DNA from: a bacterium
GTDB taxonomy: Bacteria; Patescibacteriota; Minisyncoccia; Phycocordibacterales; CAIZIN01
Assembly: GCA_031409775.1 (NCBI GenBank)
Contig: JANNXY010000042.1
Location: forward strand, 165-64,164
DNA length: 64,000 nucleotides
Direction of reading: 5' to 3'
Made by a program: the position numbers and the translations under genes. Positions within the stretch are counted from its first letter, which is position 1. Each line of letters begins with the position of its first letter. Positions 39,399 to 48,451 of the stretch are shown piece by piece. The notes under the pieces were generated by a model that made no database searches, had not been told where the DNA came from, and saw only the letters and a list, made by a program, of their open reading frames with translations.

Positions 39399-39858
39399 TA
39401 GCATTTCCCCTCCTTATCCTAGGAGGGGTGGTCGTAGACCGGGGAGGTAGATTCTCTTGAATTTTACTTAAAACTCCACTTAGATTATTTCTTACTTCAC
39501 TATTCCAAAATCTTATAACGCTCAAATTTAATTCTTTGAAAAATTCTGTTCTTACTTTATCATATTCTTGATCTTCACTATGCGAATTCCCGTCGACTTC
39601 AATAATCAAACTCTTTTCACTGCAATAGAAATCAACTACATATCTGCCTATCCCCGTCTGCCTTCTGAATTTATAACCCAAGCCATTTCCTTTCAATTTT
39701 GACCAAAGTAAAACTTCCTCTTTGCTCATATTATGTCGGAGAAATCTTCTTTTTTCCTTTGAATTCGCTAGATTAAATATTCTATCAGTATTCATAGAAG
39801 AATTATACACCACCCCGGCCTCCGGCCACCCCTCCTAGGATAAGGAGGGGAAATACTA
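39399..39858 (-). mobile_element. DUF559 (Vsr-like endonuclease) cassette bounded by 50-bp inverted double-hairpin repeats; CDS starts at 39795 and reads through into holB
   Basis: protein LR.NM..EE..LW..L...G.KFRRQ..IG.Y.VDFYC....L.IEVDG..H...D..R..F......VIRFWN.EV; repeats 39399-39448 and 39809-39858 match 45/50 when inverted. Confidence 0.75.
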
Positions 39859-40869
39859 CCTCTTTGACAATATGGTTTTCTTGTATGCATCTAGGTGTTC
39901 GAGTGCAGTACCTGTGCCTTTGGCCACACAATGCATCGGGTCCTCGGCAAGCGTGCATTTAACACCCGTACGTCGATAGACAAGTTCTGGGAAGTTGCGT
40001 AGTAGTGATGAGCCACCTGTCATAATTATACCCTGGTCGATAATATCTGATGCGAGCTCTGGTGGGGTTTCCTGTAATACATCCTTTATAGCCTTGATCA
40101 TCTCGCGAAGCTCTTTGGAAATTGCTTTCACTATTTCGTTAGTCTTGATCTCTGTTGATCGTGGAAGTCCAGTGAGGAAATCACGGCCTTTGACTATCAC
40201 CACGAGCTCTTCGTCGAGGAAGACCGCCGAACCTATTTCTAGCTTTATTCGTTCGGCGGTCTTGTCCCCTATCGCTAGGTTGAAATTCTTCTTTATATAA
40301 TCAGTTATTGCTGCATCTATCTTGTTGCCTGCACATTTGACTGATGTAGATGCTACTATACCTCCGAGCGAGATCACCGCCACATCTGTAGTACCACCTC
40401 CAATATCCACTACCATGTGACCTTTGGGTTCATATATCGGTATCCCTGCGCCGATCGCAGCAAGTATGGGCTCTTTGACCACATAAGCGTTCTTGGCTCC
40501 AGCTTTGATAGTCGCCTCGATCACTGCCCTACGCTCCGTTGAAGTGATTCCTGCGGGAACAGAAACCATTACCTCTGGTTTCCAGATATTCCATTTACCC
40601 AATGATTTGTTCATATAGTATCGGAGCATTGCTTCTGTCACACGATAGTCAGCGATCACCCCGTCTTTGAGCGGTCTATAGGCTATGATGTTCTCTGGGG
40701 TTCGACCTATCATAGCCTTGGCATCGAGCCCAACAGCCAGAATCCTATTGTCCTGTTCTGATACAGCTACAACAGAAGGTTCGTTTAGAACTATGCCTTG
40801 ACCAGGGACAAAAACCAGTGTATTTGCAGTTCCTAGATCTATTCCTAATTTGGGTGAAAACCAGCTCAT
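39856..40869 (-). CDS. mreB: second MreB/Mbl paralog
   Basis: IDLGTAN, EPILAAIGAG, DIGGGTT, TGGSSLL. Confidence 0.93.
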   Translation of the reverse strand: MSWFSPKLGIDLGTANTLVFVPGQGIVLNEPSVVAVSEQDNRILAVGLDAKAMIGRTPENIIAYRPLKDGVIADYRVTEAMLRYYMNKSLGKWNIWKPEVMVSVPAGITSTERRAVIEATIKAGAKNAYVVKEPILAAIGAGIPIYEPKGHMVVDIGGGTTDVAVISLGGIVASTSVKCAGNKIDAAITDYIKKNFNLAIGDKTAERIKLEIGSAVFLDEELVVIVKGRDFLTGLPRSTEIKTNEIVKAISKELREMIKAIKDVLQETPPELASDIIDQGIIMTGGSSLLRNFPELVYRRTGVKCTLAEDPMHCVAKGTGTALEHLDAYKKTILSKR

Positions 40870-40914
40870 TTGGTGGTAATAGTAATATCTTTTGCTTAGG
40901 TTTACAATGTAAAC

Positions 40915-42795
40915 ATGTATTTAATCCGAGTAATACCAATATCTAGAGGAATTGACAAGGACTCGCTTACATATTTCAGCCTCAGAGACTGCCCTGTGGG
41001 ACACATCGCAAGCATCCAGATAAGGAGTAGAATGGCCCCAGCTATAGTGTATTCAAGCGAGAAAGTGGAGATGGAGAAGAGCTCTATCAAGCAACTCCCG
41101 TATGAGTTGAAAAAGATTTCCGATGCTGGGAGCGGTAGTCAGCCATTTTTTAACCAAGCATTTATGAAGGCTGTAGAAAATATCGCAACACATCATGCAT
41201 CATCTGCAGGTGCGGTGATCGAAGCTCTCACACCATCTAACGTACTCTCTGAGCATGTATCAATCATATCAAAGGTGGCAGAAATTCCAGTCGACAATCA
41301 CCCCACAGAGAACCTGATGTTCCAAGCCGACGACGAGACTCGACTTGCACATTACAAAAGCATAATAAGAGAAGAATTCGCCAAGAAAAATTCTGTATTT
41401 ATACTTGTACCGACAGTTCACGAAGCCAACTTTATCAAAGAAGGTTTAGAAAAAGGTATCGAATCATATACCTATGTAGCTCACGGTGGTCTGTCCAAGA
41501 AAGCTTCTGTACATCTATGGAACGAAGTGATAAGCAATTCACACCCTGTATTGGTTATAGGAACTGCGATATTTCTATCTATACCGCGAAGATGGAATAC
41601 GATCATAGTAGAGCGCGAGAGTTCTAGGCATTACAAAATGTCACAGAGACCGTTCCTAGATGTTCGACGTGTCGCAGAGAAGCTGGCCCTGCATTCGAAA
41701 GCGACATGTATATTTGCAGACGTGATGCTACGCGCAGAAACTCTCTGTAGGTACGAAGATGGCGAGATACACGAAGTGAGTAAACCCCAATGGAGGTCTA
41801 TGTCGAATTCCAAGATAAACCTAGTAGACCTCCGTAGTCTCAAATTCTCTATACTAAGTAATGAGCTGAGGCAACTGATTTCTGACAACAAATCCAACGG
41901 TCGGAGGCTGTTTATCTATGTATCACGTAGGGGTAATTCTCCACAGATTATATGTCGGGACTGTGGCAACACGGTTATGTGTAACAGGTGTAGTGCACCC
42001 GTAGTGCTGCATACATCAGCTGCCAAAAGTGATCGATACTTCCTCTGCCATAGTTGTGGCGAGCGACGTACCGCAGATGAGTCATGCACTCACTGCGAGA
42101 GCTGGCACCTACAGGGCTACGGTGTGGGCATAGAATCTGCCCAAGAACTCCTGAGTAAAGAATTTCCAAATATCAAAATATTTAGAATCGACTCCGACAC
42201 TACACCCACAGACAAGAAAGCGACAGCTGTAATAGATGAATTCTATACCAACCCCGGTAGCATACTACTAGGCACTGACCGTGCGCTGTACTACCTCAAG
42301 GAACCGATCGAGAATGTCGCTATAGCATCACTCGACTCTCTGTTCTCGCTCCCCGACTTCCGAATCCAAGAAAAGATATTCCACACCATTCTACAGCTAC
42401 GATCGCTCTCGTCACATACATTCATCGCACAGACGCGCTACACCGACAATCCGTTGTGGAACTATGCGCTCAAAGGAAACCTCATCGACTTCTACCGCTC
42501 AGAAAAGGACTCTCGCAAGCAGTTCCACTATCCACCGTACAAGACACTTATAAAGATCACCTACACAGGTACACCAGCATTAGTCCGCAAGGAAATGTCG
42601 AACCTCAAATCAATATTGGAACCGTATGTTGTAAACATCTTCCCTGCGTTTATCGAGAACAAGAAAGGTAAATTTGTAATGCATGGACTACTCCGCCTCG
42701 ACAAGCGTGACTGGCCGAACCTGGACCTCCATGACAAACTCCGCTCCCTCCCGCCAAGCTTTGCCGTAAATGTCGATCCCGAGAATTTGCTTTAG
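40915..42795 (+). CDS. priA: primosomal protein N' (PriA) with degenerate helicase motifs
   Basis: four CxxC pairs (CRDC, CNRC, CHSC, CTHC), RRG, PDFR..E, YPPY; Walker A not recognisable. Confidence 0.85.
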   Translation: MYLIRVIPISRGIDKDSLTYFSLRDCPVGHIASIQIRSRMAPAIVYSSEKVEMEKSSIKQLPYELKKISDAGSGSQPFFNQAFMKAVENIATHHASSAGAVIEALTPSNVLSEHVSIISKVAEIPVDNHPTENLMFQADDETRLAHYKSIIREEFAKKNSVFILVPTVHEANFIKEGLEKGIESYTYVAHGGLSKKASVHLWNEVISNSHPVLVIGTAIFLSIPRRWNTIIVERESSRHYKMSQRPFLDVRRVAEKLALHSKATCIFADVMLRAETLCRYEDGEIHEVSKPQWRSMSNSKINLVDLRSLKFSILSNELRQLISDNKSNGRRLFIYVSRRGNSPQIICRDCGNTVMCNRCSAPVVLHTSAAKSDRYFLCHSCGERRTADESCTHCESWHLQGYGVGIESAQELLSKEFPNIKIFRIDSDTTPTDKKATAVIDEFYTNPGSILLGTDRALYYLKEPIENVAIASLDSLFSLPDFRIQEKIFHTILQLRSLSSHTFIAQTRYTDNPLWNYALKGNLIDFYRSEKDSRKQFHYPPYKTLIKITYTGTPALVRKEMSNLKSILEPYVVNIFPAFIENKKGKFVMHGLLRLDKRDWPNLDLHDKLRSLPPSFAVNVDPENLL

Positions 42796-43166
42796 TTTGC
42801 ACCCAGATAATCTTTGATTCTTTGTTTACTCTCATTTTCAGATTCACCTTTGAAGTAAATTTCAATAAATTCAACGGTAGTTGTCGCAGGATAAAAGGCA
42901 TAGATGATGCGAATACCACTTTTTGCCCCACGACCCTTGAGCGACTTACAGGCAAACTTCTTTAGTTTGCAAATTTTTATTTTATCTGTACAAAAGTTGG
43001 GAATCAAGAAAATGGAATTAATATATTCCAAACCTTCATGGTAAGGCTCTATTGTTGCAATCTTGGCGAACTCTAAATCATCTGTAAGAGACCTAAACTT
43101 CTTTTGCAGAAACTTTAAATCCCTTTGGAATTCACTTGTTTCTCTATAAATAATCTTGATCGTCAT
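42792..43166 (-). CDS. RelE/HigB-like toxin
   Basis: FQRDLK.L.KKF.SL, KGRGAKSGIRIIYA, IEIYFKG; overlaps the upstream antitoxin gene. Confidence 0.7.
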   Translation of the reverse strand: MTIKIIYRETSEFQRDLKFLQKKFRSLTDDLEFAKIATIEPYHEGLEYINSIFLIPNFCTDKIKICKLKKFACKSLKGRGAKSGIRIIYAFYPATTTVEFIEIYFKGESENESKQRIKDYLGAN

Positions 43167-43926
43167 AATTTCTTACAGAAGTTTTCTCAGTCCGATAAAA
43201 AACACCTTCATATTTAATTGGCTGATTTTCTTTGGTAACGATCCATGGGATATCCTCATGAGAGTAGTTGCTCAATTCTGTGGCATTTTTATTGCTTAAT
43301 CTCGCCAATACTTCATCGATGTGCTTTATTTCATTTGCACTGAGTACAGAGAGGTTAGCCTGCCTCTTTGGTAGGTATTTGGTCTGCCCATGTTGGAAAT
43401 AATTACTTTTTACGGTTTCTAGCTCGCCTTTGGACTCCATTGATTCTATGACCTTTTTGAACTCCACTGGAGTCGGGCCAAAATGATTCTTGATATATGT
43501 CGCACCAATGAGCTGTTCTTCGAACTTTTCGTAATAATCAAAGTCGATAAAGTAGAGAAGTTTGTACAGAACCGTCATCCCGACATTTGGCTTGCCACCA
43601 ACCCTTTCGAGTATATAAAGCAATACCTCTTTGAACTTCTTGATGTTTTTCTGCGGGACATCTATGCGCATTCCTATCGTTTCTTTTATTTCCTTTTCGT
43701 CCATTATTCTTATATCCAATTCGAAATTTTTTTTTCCAGAAATGAGGTTTTCAATTTTAATTTCGAAAATCTGTGCGATCTTTTGAGCTTGGGAAATAGT
43801 CAGCTCTTTCTTGCCTTTCTCCACCTCAATGTAGCTTGGGCGTGAAATACCAATCTTTTCAGCAATATAAGCCTGTGACAAATTTGCCTCGTTACGTAAT
43901 TCTTGTAGAAATTTATGTTTAATCAT
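43144..43926 (-). CDS. XRE HTH plus Panacea/SocA (DUF4065) antitoxin
   Basis: LR....LSQ..IAEKIGISR.SY..VEKG; KLLYFIDF..Y, GATY....GP.P, L..YSH.D.PW. Confidence 0.82.
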   Translation of the reverse strand: MIKHKFLQELRNEANLSQAYIAEKIGISRPSYIEVEKGKKELTISQAQKIAQIFEIKIENLISGKKNFELDIRIMDEKEIKETIGMRIDVPQKNIKKFKEVLLYILERVGGKPNVGMTVLYKLLYFIDFDYYEKFEEQLIGATYIKNHFGPTPVEFKKVIESMESKGELETVKSNYFQHGQTKYLPKRQANLSVLSANEIKHIDEVLARLSNKNATELSNYSHEDIPWIVTKENQPIKYEGVFYRTEKTSVRNYDDQDYL

Positions 43927-44092
43927 ATCCAATATTATATACTCGCCATATTGATATGTCAATAATAGTTACAATAAAATTGTTAAAATAACTAACATAA
44001 TCTTGATTTTTAGCTCCCCGTACCCTATTACACAATCAAATATCTGTCAAATTCAGCTTTATTTTATTCCTCATTTATTGTATAAATACCCC

Positions 44093-44596
44093 ATGTCAAA
44101 GATAATTCAAAACGGTGATAAGGTGCTCCGCATGGAAGCAGAGTCAGTGGATCCCAAAATGTTTGGGAGCAAGAAGCTCCTCGCTATACTCAAGGATATG
44201 GCCAAGACTGCGAATGCCGAGCAGGACGCAGTGGCTATTGCTGCTCCACAGATCGGAGTGAGCCTGCGCATATTTGTGATTACTGACCGAGTTCGCGAGA
44301 TAATCAAGTCCCCCGACCTCCCACTAATTTATATAAATCCAACAATTATTAAGCAAAGCAAGGACAAGAAAGCAATGGAAGAAGGCTGCCTCTCGGTGCG
44401 CTGGCTCTATGGCAAAGTCCGCAGGTCCTCCCGCGTGACGATCGAAGCATTCGACGAGAGTGGCAACAAATTCACCCGTGGTGCCTCTGGCCTCCTCGCC
44501 CAGATATTCCAGCACGAGACCGATCACCTCGACGGCATCCTATTTATCGATACCGCCAAGAATTTAAGGGAGATGCTGCCAGAGAATCAGGATTAG
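44093..44596 (+). CDS. def: peptide deformylase
   Basis: AIAAPQIG, EGCLS, QHETDHLDG. Confidence 0.96.
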   Translation: MSKIIQNGDKVLRMEAESVDPKMFGSKKLLAILKDMAKTANAEQDAVAIAAPQIGVSLRIFVITDRVREIIKSPDLPLIYINPTIIKQSKDKKAMEEGCLSVRWLYGKVRRSSRVTIEAFDESGNKFTRGASGLLAQIFQHETDHLDGILFIDTAKNLREMLPENQD

Positions 44597-44759
44597 AATT
44601 TATGTGTTATTTTTTGCATGGAGGAATATTTGCTGTTGCAAAGCAATTTTTTTCCAAAACTTTAATTCAGCAATTAGTTTGGTCGCTGGAGAGTTCTTCT
44701 TTTTTAAGACTAACCCTAGATTCCGTATTCACTTAGGACACTCTGTATAATCAGAGTAC

Positions 44760-45416
44760 ATGAAAAAATCAAAAACTTTTAAATTATTATCTCGCGCCGA
44801 GCGTGATGAAATAGAAATACTACTAGAAAAAGAATATTCTGGGAGATCAATTGCCAAAGCACTCTGTCGTTCTCCGAATACTATCTCGTATGAGATTAGG
44901 AAAAACGGTGGCAAGAAAAAGTACAAGGCTCAAAATGCTCACCAATATGCACAGACCAGAAGAAAAGATACCAAAACACAGTGGAAAAAGATTGAACACA
45001 ATAGCACTCTCAAAACCTTCATCATTGAGAAATTGAAATTACATTGGAATTCCGATGAAATCGCTGGATACATGAGGCGAAAAAAGCTAAAGTTTTATGC
45101 CTCAAAAACAGCTATCTATGAGTGGCTTAGGAGTGAGTACGGACAACAATATTGCAAGCATCTCTACTCTGGTCGATACAGGGTCAAACGCCACAAGACG
45201 AGCAAGAAGAAACGGGAGATGATTCCTAATCGAGTGAGCATTGAGAAGCGTCCAAAGGCCATTCTGAAGCGAGGTAGGTTTGGTCACTGTGAAGCTGATA
45301 CTGTAGTCTCAGCCAAAGATGGCTCTGGAGGAGTCTCAGTGTTTCAAGAAAGAAAATCTCGCTTGTATCAGGCAAAAAAGGCGCTAGGTATGAGTGCCAA
45401 AGAACATGTGATTAAT
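44760..45416 (+). pseudogene. IS30-family transposase, C-terminally truncated at the IS200-type insertion
   Basis: HTH LS..ER..I...GRSIAKAL.RS..TISYEI; W..DEIAG; SIEKRP....R.RFGH.EADTV; the later catalytic D and E are absent. Confidence 0.85.
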
Positions 45417-46002
45417 CAAGAACCCCGCGGCAGAGCCGTCCCCTCGCAAAGCCTCGGCGGGGTATGAATTGATGCATGGTCTAGTGCCAAAGGGTGAGCT
45501 GTACTGATTCGACCGTCTTTCCCTGGTTTTCTATGTATTTCTTTACTATATCCCAGTTTCCACGCTCGCCTACTGTAGCGAGATAGTAACCATCACTCCA
45601 GAACTCTCCTCCCCACAGATCTTTACGCAGTTCAGGAAATCGCCTGAATAGTTGTTTGGCTGTAATGCTTTTGAACATCGTCACTACTTCGATACCTGAA
45701 TACTTCGGGTGATAAGAGCAGAGTATGTGAATATGGTTAATATCGCATCCTAGGTTTTCAAAATCGATTTCGTATCTTTCACCGATTTCCTTGGCGATTT
45801 CTAATACGGCGAGCTCCACTGGTTTGTCTAACAGAGCTTTGCGGTATTTGACGGGAAAGACTATGTGATAGTGGGTATTGTATGCGCAGTGATTGCTTTT
45901 CTTGACCATGCATCTAGTATATCTGAAAACCAAGGGTTTTCAGACTTTCCTTAGCAGAAACCCCGCCCTAGAAGGGACGGGGAATGGGGGAGATTTAATC
46001 AA
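45412..46002. mobile_element. IS200/IS605-family element (tnpA only)
   Basis: subterminal hairpins ACCCCGCGGC..GCCG[+19 nt]CGGGGT and CCCCGCCC..GGGACGGGG; TTAATCAA at both boundaries. Confidence 0.8.
45481..45909 (-). CDS. tnpA: IS200-family Y1 HUH transposase
   Basis: YHIVFPVKYRK, HIH (HUH), FKSITA, LWGGEFWSDGYY, YIENQ. Confidence 0.95.
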   Translation of the reverse strand: MVKKSNHCAYNTHYHIVFPVKYRKALLDKPVELAVLEIAKEIGERYEIDFENLGCDINHIHILCSYHPKYSGIEVVTMFKSITAKQLFRRFPELRKDLWGGEFWSDGYYLATVGERGNWDIVKKYIENQGKTVESVQLTLWH

Positions 46003-46013
46003 TCCACGTAAAT

Positions 46014-46616
46014 TTATAATTGTAATTTTTTTGAGTCTGAAATACTCTCTGATAATTCATTAAATGTATACTGGTAGATTTTCCAATCAGAATAATCAAT
46101 TATTTCTTCTGGTTCATCGAATGTAAGCCAGTCGTCTTTAATATTCCCTGAACAATGCTTAAGTTTATTTATATATCTGCCAACAGCGCTGTCTCTATTC
46201 TCTTCATTTTTCTTATAATCTAGACCTATTTTTCCTAAAGTTATTTTTAAGTCAATTAAAGTTTTAGAGGGGATAAATAATTCTGCCTTTCCATTATTAA
46301 TTATATGGTCAGTTATCTCTCGATACCTTAACGCCTCCTCTTTTTGAGATGTTTCTTCATATTTTACACCCAATTCCACTAATTTACTGCAATATAATTT
46401 ATATATCTTCCATTGATTGAAAGACAAATCATTCGTTACCTCATCGTAGGTTTTTTGGATGCGTTGCGAGTATACTGCCACAAGAAAACAAATTGATACC
46501 AAAATAAATCCCTCAGAGGGTGATAACTCATCCTGCATAATTATGAAACCAATAAATATAATCAAAAAAGGATGTTTAACGATAAATTTTTTAATAGAAT
46601 ATAATACTTTACGCAT
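46014..46616 (-). CDS. AT-rich hypothetical membrane protein
   Basis: likely start MRKVLY; two N-terminal TM segments; low GC. Confidence 0.6.
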   Translation of the reverse strand: MRKVLYSIKKFIVKHPFLIIFIGFIIMQDELSPSEGFILVSICFLVAVYSQRIQKTYDEVTNDLSFNQWKIYKLYCSKLVELGVKYEETSQKEEALRYREITDHIINNGKAELFIPSKTLIDLKITLGKIGLDYKKNEENRDSAVGRYINKLKHCSGNIKDDWLTFDEPEEIIDYSDWKIYQYTFNELSESISDSKKLQL

Positions 46617-46617
46617 G

Positions 46618-46803
46618 TTACTTATTATTAAGATTTTGATTACAAACGGATAAAGCAATACTAAGTGCCATAAAAAAACCTCCACCTATTACTGCTGGCA
46701 ATGAATCTAATCCCATCTCGCTTGAACTCAATACTCCAAGTAATACTGCAAAGAAACCTATTATTAGTGATGCTAAACCTACAAGATTAGTTAATGTTTT
46801 CAT
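46618..46803 (-). CDS. small two-TM membrane protein (61 aa)
   Basis: hydrophobic ORF immediately upstream of, and co-oriented with, 46014-46616. Confidence 0.55.
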   Translation of the reverse strand: MKTLTNLVGLASLIIGFFAVLLGVLSSSEMGLDSLPAVIGGGFFMALSIALSVCNQNLNNK

Positions 46804-46974
46804 ATATATTAAGCATACTCTTATAATGTTGATAATTCAACTACTATTATGTGATTAAATCTATAGAGATTACTGTTGATAAATATACATATTTTAATGA
46901 GTTTAAGCATAGGTGAGTGACTGATAACTGTCAAAAACCCAACTTTCTAGCTGGTTCCAACTTTCACTTACAAT

Positions 46975-47300
46975 GTCCACACACGAAACCGCTTCGGCGG
47001 TTTTTATTGTGTGTGGGCCCAAGCAAAGCCTGGGTTGGCTTTGCGTCAGGACTCGAACGGCGGAGCGGGACCCAGATTAGCAAATCTGGGAGCGAGCCGG
47101 TGCCCAGACAAATCATTCGCGACGGCGAAAGATTTAGTCGAGGGAGAGATTCCTGTAGGGTCCACTGAACAGAAAAAACACCCACCGCTGGGTGTTTTCT
47201 CGTGTACGTTGAACGCGGAGCCATATTTTCAAGTACGGAAAATGGCGAGCCGGGGTCGAGGAATTCGTCAGCTGACGAGCTAGCGAATATCCGTGACCAC
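46975..47300. repeat. GC-rich multi-hairpin element containing tRNA 3'-end mimics
   Basis: GTGGGCCC..CAGGACTCGAAC (reverse complement of T-loop/acceptor) and GATTCCTGTAGGGTCCAC; duplicated GCGGAGC-hairpin-GCGAGCCGG motif; two terminator-like hairpins. Confidence 0.65.
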
Positions 47301-47348
47301 AAAATATTTGCAACAATTTCTGTATAAAGTTACTATGAAGTTAGAAAT

Positions 47349-47546
47349 ATGCCCGAAGATCCTACTGATCCCAAGAAAATTAGCAATGCATCACTTAGAG
47401 TAAAGATGAGGGGCTGGAGCCCAGAGAAACGCGAAACGTACTTCCGCTTGGTAGCTGTGGTTCAAGTGCACTCCTTTGCGATTTCAGGAGTTAAGCTCGA
47501 CAAGGAGAAAACGCTGCAGAAAATCCGCCGAACATCTCAGAACTGA
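47349..47546 (+). CDS. orphan hypothetical protein (65 aa)
   Basis: ORF with TTGCAA..TACTAT upstream and T-run downstream. Confidence 0.5.
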   Translation: MPEDPTDPKKISNASLRVKMRGWSPEKRETYFRLVAVVQVHSFAISGVKLDKEKTLQKIRRTSQN

Positions 47547-47560
47547 GATCGGCTTTTTAT

Positions 47561-48442
47561 TTACGACAACCTACCCTTCTTCCTGAACTCTGCTCTGCTG
47601 TGCTCGATAGCCAGCTTCCAGAACTCGACAAGTGATGAACCGACACTATGCAACGACTCGAGTAGCGGACTACCCTGGTCCACTACAGGATGCGCGTGTA
47701 TGTCCTGCAGGTATACATGCTTGGGTGTAATGATAAAGTCGAACTGGGCTACATGGCCGAGTCCTAGGTCACTATGTAGGAGCCTCGCAGCGTCTTCTAT
47801 GTATTTCTTCTGAACACTATCGAGCTTGTGAACGATGTGGTACTTGTCCCCGACCTTCTCTACTACTGGAGTGACGTAGATATCTCTTCCACGGAAGCCA
47901 CGCAGGGTGCAGACATGCATAGTTCTGCCCTGTATGTGACGCTCGATATATGCATGACCGTGCTGTGCCATAGTGTCGCGTAGAGAACTAGCAAATACAT
48001 CGAAATCATACGCAAGGTTACCATTGGTTTTACTTGTCTTTATATTTACTGGTAGAAATACCTGCGAGTGTAGCTTGCTGAGCTCGCCCTGACTCAGATC
48101 ATGTCCACGTATATAGAATGTGTGTGGGGTGAGGATGTTGTGATCTTTGGCATGCTTCTTCCAGAGTACTTTGTGACCAGGGGCATTCCACATACTACGC
48201 TCTGAATACGGACTAACGAGTGGCATCTTGTGCCCCAGATGCGTAGGAACAGTATCGGTGAGCACTACCGCTACATCCCCATGATGAACAAAGAAATCAT
48301 CTGCAACTGTACTGCCCTGGAACAGATGTCCGCCCAGCGGGTTCTCTATCACATAAGTGACCTTGAAACCAGCGAGAGCGCTGATCACTTCTTGATCTCT
48401 CGGGCTACCGTCTCCTACTACTATAACTCTTTTAATTTCCAT
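47561..48442 (-). CDS. degenerate ATP-grasp protein (D-Ala-D-Ala ligase-like)
   Basis: K...K......ILTP, FLPVNIK, YIERHIQGR, A...H..LGL......DFI......Y....H..P; catalytic residues appear substituted. Confidence 0.6.
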   Translation of the reverse strand: MEIKRVIVVGDGSPRDQEVISALAGFKVTYVIENPLGGHLFQGSTVADDFFVHHGDVAVVLTDTVPTHLGHKMPLVSPYSERSMWNAPGHKVLWKKHAKDHNILTPHTFYIRGHDLSQGELSKLHSQVFLPVNIKTSKTNGNLAYDFDVFASSLRDTMAQHGHAYIERHIQGRTMHVCTLRGFRGRDIYVTPVVEKVGDKYHIVHKLDSVQKKYIEDAARLLHSDLGLGHVAQFDFIITPKHVYLQDIHAHPVVDQGSPLLESLHSVGSSLVEFWKLAIEHSRAEFRKKGRLS

Positions 48443-48451
48443 GTAGGATTA

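Noticed and set aside
33180-40869. Two mreB copies as an assembly duplication
   Set aside because: The proteins are clearly diverged paralogs in different contexts
46975-47170. Intact tRNA gene
   Set aside because: Only T-loop/acceptor-like fragments; no D-arm or anticodon arm could be folded
46917-47316. Four overlapping ORFs in the track
   Set aside because: Chance frames in a GC-rich palindromic element
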